Source: a virus (taxonomy: Duplodnaviria > Caudoviricetes). Taken from it: a stretch of DNA of 24,734 nt. The notes beneath the pieces are model-generated. The model made no database searches, was not told the origin of the DNA, and saw only the letters and a list, made by a program, of their open reading frames with translations. Shown piece after piece: positions 15,900 through 23,507 of the stretch. Both the position numbers and the translations under genes were made by a program. The stretch covers positions 1 through 24,734 of IMG/VR virus record IMGVR_UViG_3300026085_000010; one strand, 5' to 3'. Each line of letters begins with the position of its first letter. The stretch's first letter is position 1.

Positions 15900-16061
15900 A
15901 TGTTTGATGGAATAATATATACTATATTAGATAAGATAGTCAACGCTTGTGAAAAGATGAAGAAGTGTTTACAAGAAAGGTCTCTACCTAAAGAATGTAG
16001 AGAAGTCAAAAAGGGCAACTTCAGAAAAAATTATGACAAGTGGAAAAAGTCTTATAAATAA
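15900..16061 (+). CDS. Small hypothetical protein (53 aa, MFDGIIYTILDKIVNACEKMKKCLQERSLPKECREVKKGNFRKNYDKWKKSYK), not in ORF track
   Basis: Read manually; starts 6 nt after the -10 box and fills the gap. Confidence 0.65.
   Translation: MFDGIIYTILDKIVNACEKMKKCLQERSLPKECREVKKGNFRKNYDKWKKSYK
16053..16060 (+). promoter_or_regulatory. T4 late promoter upstream of gp32
   Basis: Exact TATAAATA. Confidence 0.7.
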
Positions 16062-16120
16062 CATTGATACCGAATATACAGGTAACACAAATACAACGAA
16101 TATAAAAATAAGGAGTAAAT

Positions 16121-17011
16121 ATGGATTTTGAAGCATTAAAACAATCCTCAAGTAACTTTGATAAGTTAACAAAAGCGTTAGAAGCATCTAACGTCAATTC
16201 AGAAGAAAAAGACAGTAAATCAAAATACCAAGACGATAGATTTTGGAAACCAGAGTTAGACAAAACTGGTAACGGTTATGCCGTTATTAGATTTTTGCCT
16301 GCGACAGCATCAGAAGATATGCCGTGGCAAAGAGTTTGGTCTCACGCATTCCAAGATGTTGGTGGTTGGTATATTGAAAACTCTCTAACTACACTTGGCC
16401 AAAAAGACCCTGTGTCAGAAGAGAATACAAGATTATGGAACACAGGTGTTGATAGTGATAAAGAGATTGCTAGAAAGAGAAAAAGAAAATTATCTTACTT
16501 CTCAAATATCCTAGTAGTTTCTGATCCTAAACATCCAGAAAACGAAGGTAAGGTTTTCTTATTCAAATTTGGTAAAAAGATATTTGATAAAATCACAGAA
16601 GCAATGCAACCAGCTTTTGATGATGAGAAACCTATTAACCCATTTGACTTTTGGCAAGGCGCTAATTTCAAATTGAAAATTAGAAAAGTTGATGGTTACT
16701 GGAACTATGATAAATCTGAATTTGAAGGTACATCGCAAGTGAAACCTACAGATGAAGAGATCAAAACAATTTGGGGACAACAACATCCTCTTAAACCTTT
16801 CCTGGACCCTAGTAATTTTAAATCCTATGACGAACTTAAAGAGAAACTGAATAGGGTAATTACGGGTGCGAGAAAAACAGAGACCGTGGAGTCAGCAGAC
16901 CTCCCGCCGCAAACTAACGGTTCTGTTAAAAAAGTTAATACTAACTCGGATACTGCTATTGATGATGACGATACGTTGTCTTATTTTAGTAAATTGGCAG
17001 AAGACGAGTAA
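16121..17011 (+). CDS. gp32: Single-stranded DNA-binding protein gp32
   Basis: DDRFWKPELDKTGNGYAVIRFLPA, WYIENSLTT, FGKKIFDKI, GANFKLKIRKV, acidic C-terminus; SD AAGGAG. Confidence 0.97.
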   Translation: MDFEALKQSSSNFDKLTKALEASNVNSEEKDSKSKYQDDRFWKPELDKTGNGYAVIRFLPATASEDMPWQRVWSHAFQDVGGWYIENSLTTLGQKDPVSEENTRLWNTGVDSDKEIARKRKRKLSYFSNILVVSDPKHPENEGKVFLFKFGKKIFDKITEAMQPAFDDEKPINPFDFWQGANFKLKIRKVDGYWNYDKSEFEGTSQVKPTDEEIKTIWGQQHPLKPFLDPSNFKSYDELKEKLNRVITGARKTETVESADLPPQTNGSVKKVNTNSDTAIDDDDTLSYFSKLAEDE

Positions 17012-17037
17012 TTTATCTCTCTCACATTGTTAACTTT

Positions 17038-17070
17038 AAAGGGGTGTCAGAAATGGCACCTCTTTTTTTT
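17038..17070 (+). terminator. Rho-independent terminator
   Basis: AAAGGGGTGTCA-GAAA-TGGCACCTCTTT followed by a T run. Confidence 0.9.
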
Positions 17071-17071
17071 A

Positions 17072-17079
17072 TATAAATA
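17072..17079 (+). promoter_or_regulatory. T4 late promoter
   Basis: Exact TATAAATA, 5 nt before the gp2 ATG. Confidence 0.85.
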
Positions 17080-17084
17080 GTCTT

Positions 17085-17612
17085 ATGGCAATATCAATTT
17101 TAGACCCTTTAGTAGATAAGGCAGGTGGTGTAAAGAGAAGTAGTGACTGGTATAGAAAAACAGTTACAAGTGTTGCTGATAAAGTTACTGCTAGAAGATT
17201 AATGCGTAACGGTAAACTAACTGGTAGACCAAGTATAGGAAGATTAAATTTCTTCATATATGACGCAAAGACAAAGGCGAAACTACCATATTGGGACGCA
17301 TTTCCACTTGTTATACCTATTGAAAGTATACCTGGTGGATTTACTGGTATTAACTTTCATTATCTACCACCATTAGCTAGATTTAGATTATTAGAACAGT
17401 TACAAAGATTTGCGATAAGTAATAGGGTAGAGTCTAGTAATAGATTTGATGTAAGTTGGAATAGAGTAAAAGGTGTAAGATTGATAAAAGGTACAGTTAA
17501 AAGATATTTGTATTCGCATGTGAGAAGTAGTTTTTTAAGAGTTGATTTTGATGAAGCTGCTTTCGCTGTGTATTTACCTGTACAACAATTTAGGAAAGGA
17601 AGTCCATACTAA
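17085..17612 (+). CDS. gp2: DNA end protector gp2
   Basis: F.YDAKTK.KLPYWD.FPLV, GINFHYLPP..R, KRYL..HVRS, A..LP.QQF.K. Confidence 0.9.
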   Translation: MAISILDPLVDKAGGVKRSSDWYRKTVTSVADKVTARRLMRNGKLTGRPSIGRLNFFIYDAKTKAKLPYWDAFPLVIPIESIPGGFTGINFHYLPPLARFRLLEQLQRFAISNRVESSNRFDVSWNRVKGVRLIKGTVKRYLYSHVRSSFLRVDFDEAAFAVYLPVQQFRKGSPY

Positions 17613-18589
17613 TGGCTGTGCTTAGAGGCGGAAAAAGAATTGGTGGAATAGACGTAAGAATTGGTATACCACGTGATAGATCATTGGACAATGTTAATGC
17701 TGATCCAAGATTAAGAAGACAACAAGGTGGTAGTCCAGAAACTACAATGGGTAGATTTCTTGCTATGGTTAACGAGGCGGAAGGATTCGCTAGACAAGGA
17801 AGATATTATGTGGAGTTTTTCTTACCTAAAGGATTTTCAACAGAATTAGATTTTTCTGATAGTGGTGCTGATTTTAGTGATGTCGCATTAGAAAGAAATT
17901 CATCATTTAAATCTGAAACAGAAATGCGTACATACCAACAAGAGAACGCTAGACGTGTTCAAGCATTTTGTAGTAAAATTAGTTTACCTGATAGAACAGT
18001 AGATTTCGCAACTATCAAACACAATGGACCAGAAAGACACCACGTTACTAATTTTAGAAGTGAAGATATTACAGCAACATTTTATTCAGATAAGTTTTTA
18101 AGAGAGAGAACGTATTTTGAGTTATGGCAGAACGCCGCATTTAGTTTAGACTCATTTAATTACAATTATTACAAAAACTATGTCTCTGATATGAGAATAT
18201 ATCAGTTAGGACAATACGAAAGCAGACAAGAAAGAGACGATATTACATATGCTGTCCAATTATTTGATTGTTATCCAGCAAGTATTGGAAGTATAGATTA
18301 TAGTCACCAAGCAAACGGAGTAGTTAGTTTTGATGTTACATTTAAATTTAGATATTGGATTAACTTCTTCATTGACAAAACTGGTGGCATAGAATTAGGC
18401 CGTGCGAATGGTAGAATACCTACTGTTAAAGGTGTCGGTGGATTAGCTGGACTATTGAACAAGTTACCACCAGAGATCAGAAGAGCAGGGCGTGATGTAT
18501 TAGGTGCTTTAAGAAGAAGAGTACCACTCGGTAAAGTAACTGGAGGAAGAGCATTCCCACCATTTAAATTACCACCACTAAATATATAA
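17612..18589 (+). CDS. Baseplate-tail tube initiator gp54-like (tail-tube fold)
   Basis: GFAR..RY.V, FC....LP, ITATFY.D....ER.YFE.WQ, YY..Y...M.I.QL, L.DCYP.SIG..DY, FDVTF.FR.W. Confidence 0.75.
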   Translation: MAVLRGGKRIGGIDVRIGIPRDRSLDNVNADPRLRRQQGGSPETTMGRFLAMVNEAEGFARQGRYYVEFFLPKGFSTELDFSDSGADFSDVALERNSSFKSETEMRTYQQENARRVQAFCSKISLPDRTVDFATIKHNGPERHHVTNFRSEDITATFYSDKFLRERTYFELWQNAAFSLDSFNYNYYKNYVSDMRIYQLGQYESRQERDDITYAVQLFDCYPASIGSIDYSHQANGVVSFDVTFKFRYWINFFIDKTGGIELGRANGRIPTVKGVGGLAGLLNKLPPEIRRAGRDVLGALRRRVPLGKVTGGRAFPPFKLPPLNI

Positions 18590-18611
18590 TATTATATAAT
18601 AAGGAGATATA

Positions 18612-19349
18612 ATGGCATTACCAGTAATTGACACACCTAGATATGAGTTGACATTACCTTCCGAAGAACGAGTAATCCAATTCCGACCATTTTTGGTTAA
18701 AGAGGAAAAGATACTGTTACTTGCATTAGAATCAGGAGAAGAGAAACAAGTTAAACAAGCAACTGTGGACGTAGTTAAAGCGTGTACATTTGATACAGTA
18801 GATGTAGAAAATCTACCTGTGTTTGATTTGGAATATATCTTCTTACAGATACGAAGTAAGTCAGTTGGTGAGGTAGCAAAATTTAGAGTATTGTGTCCAG
18901 ACGACAAACAAACATATGGCGATGTGGAAGTTGATATTTCAAAAGTAAATGTTGAAGTAGATGACACACATACAAACGTTATAACAATAGACGAAAAAAG
19001 AAAACTTGGCGTAGTATTAAAATATCCTACATTGAAAACTGTAGACGCAGGGAAATCACTTATGGACTTCAGTTACAACACTATATTCAGTATAGTTGTA
19101 AACTGTGTAGATCATATATTTGAGGGCGATAAGGTTTATCCAGGAAAAGATAGTACACCAGAAGAGTTACAAAAATTCTTTGAGCAACTACCACAAGGAG
19201 CGTTTGATAAGATCAAACATTTCTTTGAAACTATGCCTAGATTGAGGCACGAAACGGAAGTAAAAAATCCTAAAACAGGAAAAGTCAGTAAAATAACATT
19301 TAACGGCTTAGCGGATTTTTTCGAATCTGCCTCTCCCATAGTTCCCTAG
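18612..19349 (+). CDS. gp26: Baseplate hub assembly protein gp26
   Basis: MALP.I.TPRYEL.LPS, FRPFLVKEEKILL, FDLEYIFLQIRSKSVGE, FFETMP, GL.DFF. Confidence 0.92.
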   Translation: MALPVIDTPRYELTLPSEERVIQFRPFLVKEEKILLLALESGEEKQVKQATVDVVKACTFDTVDVENLPVFDLEYIFLQIRSKSVGEVAKFRVLCPDDKQTYGDVEVDISKVNVEVDDTHTNVITIDEKRKLGVVLKYPTLKTVDAGKSLMDFSYNTIFSIVVNCVDHIFEGDKVYPGKDSTPEELQKFFEQLPQGAFDKIKHFFETMPRLRHETEVKNPKTGKVSKITFNGLADFFESASPIVP

Positions 19350-19437
19350 AGGCTTTCTTTGAGACTAACTTTGCTTTAATGCAACATCACAAATACGCAT
19401 ACAGCGACATAATTCACTTTATGCCGTGGGAACGGGA
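19313..19437 (+). promoter_or_regulatory. Predicted -1 programmed frameshift signal (slippery heptamer plus pseudoknot)
   Basis: G_GAT_TTT / T_TTT_TTC (19313-19322), 6-nt spacer, stem GCCTCT (19329-34)/AGAGGC (19348-53), loop GTTCCC (19341-46) complementary to GGGAAC (19428-33). Confidence 0.75.
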
Positions 19438-19516
19438 TATTTACGTCCAAATGTTAATTAATCACATAAAAGAAGAAAACGAAAGACAAAAGAGAGAAGC
19501 AGAAAGTAGAAAGTAA
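19322..19516 (+). CDS. gp51: gp51-like baseplate hub assembly domain, probably made as a gp26-gp51 frameshift fusion; not in ORF track
   Basis: The -1 frame reads RICLSHSSLEAFFETNFALMQHHKYAYSDIIHFMPWERDIYVQMLINHIKEENERQKREAESRK, with the gp51 NFALMQHHKY and MPWER..Y motifs. First ATG is at 19379, inside the conserved block. Confidence 0.85.
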   Translation, partial: RICLSHSSLEAFFETNFALMQHHKYAYSDIIHFMPWERDIYVQMLINHIKEENERQKREAESRK

Positions 19517-19518
19517 CA

Positions 19519-19526
19519 TATAAATA
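19519..19526 (+). promoter_or_regulatory. T4 late promoter
   Basis: Exact TATAAATA followed by SD AAGGAG. Confidence 0.75.
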
Positions 19527-19544
19527 GATGAAGGAGAGATGTAA

Positions 19545-19844
19545 ATGATAATTAAAAAACTAATAGAGAGTGATTTATGGTATTTAATTAAAACAGAAAT
19601 ACCACAAGTTATGTCTAACTGGCGTATTGTACCAAGAGGTCTAATGGTTGCATACGGCATAGCATTTTATCAAACAGCAACTTGGTTTATGAATTTAGCA
19701 GCACCTAATAATGCTCAAGCAGCGTTTGTATCTGTTATCGTAGGTGCAGGTGCGGCTTGGTTTGGTATATACGTAAATGGTAAACCTAGTCAAATATCTG
19801 ATAAGAAAAAAGAAGATAAACCAATAAGTGAACAAATAGGATAA
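19545..19844 (+). CDS. Small two-TM membrane protein (holin-like topology)
   Basis: WRIVPRGLMVAYGIAFY and QAAFVSVIVGAGAAWFGIYV hydrophobic segments, charged C-terminus. Confidence 0.7.
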   Translation: MIIKKLIESDLWYLIKTEIPQVMSNWRIVPRGLMVAYGIAFYQTATWFMNLAAPNNAQAAFVSVIVGAGAAWFGIYVNGKPSQISDKKKEDKPISEQIG

Positions 19845-19845
19845 T

Positions 19846-21360
19846 ATGGCATTACCTAAAATAGAAGACGTAGAAATCAATTTAGAACAAGAGTCGGTAG
19901 ATAGACTTGGTAAAGCTATATTTGAGAACGCTACATTTCATTTAGAGGACGCAGTTAAAACTGTTATCCCATCTATTCCTAAAATGATAGATGAGTTAAC
20001 AGCACAAATAGAAGACGGTTCAATAAAAGACGTGGGCAAGGCGTTCTCAAAATTAGAAAAGATTGTAGAAGATTTACGTATAGATTTAGGTAGTTACAAT
20101 AAACAATTAGCTGAAGCTGTAGCTCAAAGAGCTGAGATGGAAAGACAATCGCAAGATAAAGTTGATAAGTTAAGAGAACAAGGTGTTATTGCTAGAGTTG
20201 ACAAAGACAGTAAACAAGTAGAGATTTTAACAAAAGAACAAATTAGACAAGAGAAAATTCTTTATAATAATAAACAAAAAGAAATCATCAAATTAGAAAA
20301 AGAAATACAAGATAATAGAAAAACGTTACAAGAACGATATTTTGCTGATGATACAGCTAGACAAGAAGCAAAAGAGAAGTTAGATAAGAAGATAATGGAA
20401 TTAGATGAGAAGAAAATTAAACAACGTGAGAAAGCAGAAGAATTAAATCTAGGTGGTGGTGATACAAATGCTCTCGCACCACAAACTCCTATGTTCATTG
20501 AAATGTTAAAAGAAGGATTTATGGCTCCGTTTGTAGCTGTAAAAGACGCATTCTCACAAGTCAAAGATGCAGTCACTAATACTGTGGATACATTTAAATA
20601 CTTCGGTAGAGGTATAGGAAAAGTATTTACTAATTTAGGAAATGCATTCAAAGGTATAACAAAAGTATTTACTGTGGCTAGAGTATTGATTATGGCTAAA
20701 GTATTAGCAGTAGTCGCAGTGATAGGATTAATTGTCAAAAACTTCACTAAAATAAAAGACTTTTTAGGTAATATGTGGGATTCATTAAAAGAGACTTGGA
20801 ATAACGCAATACAATCAGTTAAAGACTTTTTTAAGAATATGATAAATGGTGCGATACGATTTGTCAATAAGTTTTTACCTAAAGCATTTGAGATACCAGA
20901 AATTGGTGCTGCTGAAGAAGAAAAGAAAAAACAAACAGCAGAACAAATGAAGACAGAAAAAGCAGAAGGTGAAATGGCTGCGGCTGTACCTCAATCTGAA
21001 TTATCTGATTACACAGATAACTCTAGCAAGATTATGGCTCAAAGATCACTAGATGAAGGTAATTTATCTAAAGATAGTATATTCTATGACCAAGTTGCTA
21101 GTGGTGGTAATTTAGGTATAAAATCACAAATAGATACTACTGGTTCATTATATGCAAATAAAAGAGCTGTTGGTGACGCTAGTTTAGCTGAAAACTTTGC
21201 TAAAGTAGAAAGAGAAAGACAATTAACAACTGCACCATCAAGTATTATTGTTCAAAACAATTCTAATTTAAGTACAGCTAGTGGTATGACTGTCGCTGGT
21301 ATGATTAATAATAGACCAGAGAGAACGTTTGAAGCGTTGAATGACTCAACGTACGGTTAG
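19846..21360 (+). CDS. Tape-measure / gp29-like tail protein
   Basis: Long coiled coil, then aromatic-spaced amphipathic repeats (F..VKDAF..., W...K..W....Q..K.FF) and a TM-like stretch; position after gp26/gp51. Confidence 0.6.
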   Translation: MALPKIEDVEINLEQESVDRLGKAIFENATFHLEDAVKTVIPSIPKMIDELTAQIEDGSIKDVGKAFSKLEKIVEDLRIDLGSYNKQLAEAVAQRAEMERQSQDKVDKLREQGVIARVDKDSKQVEILTKEQIRQEKILYNNKQKEIIKLEKEIQDNRKTLQERYFADDTARQEAKEKLDKKIMELDEKKIKQREKAEELNLGGGDTNALAPQTPMFIEMLKEGFMAPFVAVKDAFSQVKDAVTNTVDTFKYFGRGIGKVFTNLGNAFKGITKVFTVARVLIMAKVLAVVAVIGLIVKNFTKIKDFLGNMWDSLKETWNNAIQSVKDFFKNMINGAIRFVNKFLPKAFEIPEIGAAEEEKKKQTAEQMKTEKAEGEMAAAVPQSELSDYTDNSSKIMAQRSLDEGNLSKDSIFYDQVASGGNLGIKSQIDTTGSLYANKRAVGDASLAENFAKVERERQLTTAPSSIIVQNNSNLSTASGMTVAGMINNRPERTFEALNDSTYG

Positions 21361-21797
21361 AACTTTACACCCAATTCTTTTTCAGTTATAATCTTAAACT
21401 CAGCATTATTATCTTCAGCATATTCCATCGCTGCGCCCCATTTCGCTTGATTTTTAATATACTCAAAACTCTCACGCATAAATGCTTTTGTTTTCCTTTT
21501 AGGTGCTTTTGGTTTACTTGTTTGACGTGATGGTTTTACTTCTATGATATATTTCTTATCTTTAGAAGTCTTTACAAGAAAGTCAGGGAAATATCTATGC
21601 CATTTCTTATCAATAGGATTATAATAACGTATTGGTAACTCTTCACTAGCCCATTGTATAATGTCAGGATGTGTGTCGCAGTATACCATAAACCTACGCT
21701 CTAGTAATGAACGATAGATTATGTTGTTTGGATTACCTACATATTTCTTTGGGTTCGTAGGTCTGTATATTCCCTTAAAAGACTTCTTCATTTTCAT
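21357..21797 (-). CDS. gp4: Head completion nuclease gp4 (TnsA-like endonuclease fold)
   Basis: KG.Y.P.NP.KY.G....IIYRS..ER.FM..CD, WASEE..I.Y, HRYFPDF, IEVKP..Q, NQAKW.AA, F.IITE. Start ATG at 21797 or 21791. Confidence 0.93.
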   Translation of the reverse strand: MKMKKSFKGIYRPTNPKKYVGNPNNIIYRSLLERRFMVYCDTHPDIIQWASEELPIRYYNPIDKKWHRYFPDFLVKTSKDKKYIIEVKPSRQTSKPKAPKRKTKAFMRESFEYIKNQAKWGAAMEYAEDNNAEFKIITEKELGVKF

Positions 21798-21819
21798 ATA
21801 AATATTGATAATACTTATA
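21797..21819. promoter_or_regulatory. Pair of oppositely oriented late promoters
   Basis: TATAAATA on + (21797-21804) for gp48; TATAAGTA on - (21812-21819) for gp4. Confidence 0.6.
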
Positions 21820-21829
21820 AAGGATACAA

Positions 21830-22981
21830 ATGGCTTGGACATCAAAAGTAGGGAATTTTATAAAGACTAAACTAGCAACAACTGTAATGAACAAAGTTAC
21901 ATCAGGGTTATCTAATTTCGCTGATGCACAACAAACATCTAAAGTTGCTGCTAAATTGTTGAATAAATCACCACTAGAAATATCAGATACAGCACCACAA
22001 CAACATATGCAAGTTAACCCATATGAATATGGTTCTGTATACTATCCAGAAGAGACAGCGAATTTGGGTGAAGGCCATTACATCATATTTGATATTATCG
22101 GACACAATGAATCAAAATTTAAAAGTCAAACATTTGATAATGGTAGAATAGTCAATAATGATCAGATAGTCGGTGAAGGTTCAGGTATATCCGTTGACAA
22201 GATTAAGAATATCAAAGGTAAAGGAATTGGTAACTCAACAAGATTAAGAGGTGTACAATCTGGTCTTATGAGTAAAATAGGTGGTAATCATACCTATGTA
22301 TCAGATAGTATTATATTATACACTCCAGGCGAAGCTGCTAAATTCAGTTACACAGCTAATTATGATGCGACAGAAACAGGACTTGCTGGTGATTTAGGAA
22401 AAGCGATAGGTGGTATGATTAACAATCCAGGTATTATGGACAAGATAAAAGCTGGTGGTGAAGGTATATCTGGTATTGGAATGGAAATTGGTAAAACAGC
22501 ATTATTTGGTGCGGCTAGTATTATACCAGGATTTGAAAACGCAAGAGCTGTTTATGATAAATCATTAGGACAAGCAAAGAACCCTAATTTAGAGACGATA
22601 TTTACAGGTGTACCATTTAGAGAGTTTAGTTTTCCATTTACATTTGCGCCTAAATCAGAAAGAGAAAAAGACGCAGTACACAAAATTATACAATTGTTTA
22701 GATTTCATATGTTACCAGAACATCAAAACAGTTTCATAGGATATTTTAACACACCATCTGAATTTCAAATAACTTATATGTACAGAGACAGAGTTAACTC
22801 ATACATACCTAAAATTAGTCGTTGCGTACTAAAAGGTTGTAGCATAGATTACGCACCAGATGGTAAATTTCACACATATGTACCTGATGAAAAAGGTGCA
22901 CCACCAGTCATTATAAAAATGAATTTAGACTTTACAGAAACAGAGATAATGACAAAAGAAACAGTAGCACAAGGATTCTAA
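21830..22981 (+). CDS. gp48: Baseplate tail-tube cap gp48
   Basis: I.LY.P, NP.LE.IF.G..FREFSF.F.FAPKS..E...V..II..FR..M.P, P.EF.I.Y, CVL....IDY.P, L.F.E.E. Confidence 0.88.
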   Translation: MAWTSKVGNFIKTKLATTVMNKVTSGLSNFADAQQTSKVAAKLLNKSPLEISDTAPQQHMQVNPYEYGSVYYPEETANLGEGHYIIFDIIGHNESKFKSQTFDNGRIVNNDQIVGEGSGISVDKIKNIKGKGIGNSTRLRGVQSGLMSKIGGNHTYVSDSIILYTPGEAAKFSYTANYDATETGLAGDLGKAIGGMINNPGIMDKIKAGGEGISGIGMEIGKTALFGAASIIPGFENARAVYDKSLGQAKNPNLETIFTGVPFREFSFPFTFAPKSEREKDAVHKIIQLFRFHMLPEHQNSFIGYFNTPSEFQITYMYRDRVNSYIPKISRCVLKGCSIDYAPDGKFHTYVPDEKGAPPVIIKMNLDFTETEIMTKETVAQGF

Positions 22982-22982
22982 T

Positions 22983-23507
22983 ATGTATTTTGAAATGTTC
23001 CCTAAAGGTAAGTACGATATAAAAGGAGACGGTAATAAGAAATTAGTTACTGATCTGTTTAGACGTGTAAAGATTAGAGCGAAGATTAAAGACGAGGCTA
23101 GTCTTATATCAGAATATGTTGTACCACCAGGAGAGACACCAGAATTAACTGCGATGAAACACTTTGGTAATACAGAATTACATTGGGTCATATTATTAAC
23201 GAATGATGTACAAGACAGATATTATGACTGGCCACTATCATACCAAGACTTTGAGAACTATTTAAAAGACAAATATACTTTGCCAGAAGGTATACATCAT
23301 TTTGAAAAAGTACAATCCAGTGGTCCTCAATCATCAATAGATCAATCACATCTGATAGAAGTGACAAGTGATACAGTTGGCGCAGTGAGTGTATCAAATA
23401 GAGAATACGAACAAAGACTACAAGACAAGAAAGCTAGAATCAAACTCATATCACCAACTTATCTACCTATATTATTAGAAGAATTTGAAAGATTAGTGAG
23501 TGTATAA
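22983..23507 (+). CDS. gp53: Baseplate wedge subunit gp53
   Basis: MYF..FP...Y, GETPE..A...FG...LHWVILL.N......DWP, SN.EYE......K..I.L. Confidence 0.9.
   Translation: MYFEMFPKGKYDIKGDGNKKLVTDLFRRVKIRAKIKDEASLISEYVVPPGETPELTAMKHFGNTELHWVILLTNDVQDRYYDWPLSYQDFENYLKDKYTLPEGIHHFEKVQSSGPQSSIDQSHLIEVTSDTVGAVSVSNREYEQRLQDKKARIKLISPTYLPILLEEFERLVSV

Noticed and set aside
18583-18600. AT-only palindrome (ATATAATATTATAT) before gp26
   Set aside because: Low complexity in an AT-rich genome; cannot be distinguished from chance.
20262-20867. 201-aa minus-strand ORF, plus other antisense ORFs (822, 7159, 7441, 8243, 9388, 15275, 15984, 16021, 16559, 17069, 18578, 19136, 19454, 19695, 22925, 23188, 24320)
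   Set aside because: Antisense shadows of supported + strand genes, with no motifs or expression signals seen.
21357-21797. Transposase or homing endonuclease (lone minus-strand nuclease)
   Set aside because: It matches core head-completion gp4, whose inverted position beside gp48/gp53 is normal; no terminal repeats.
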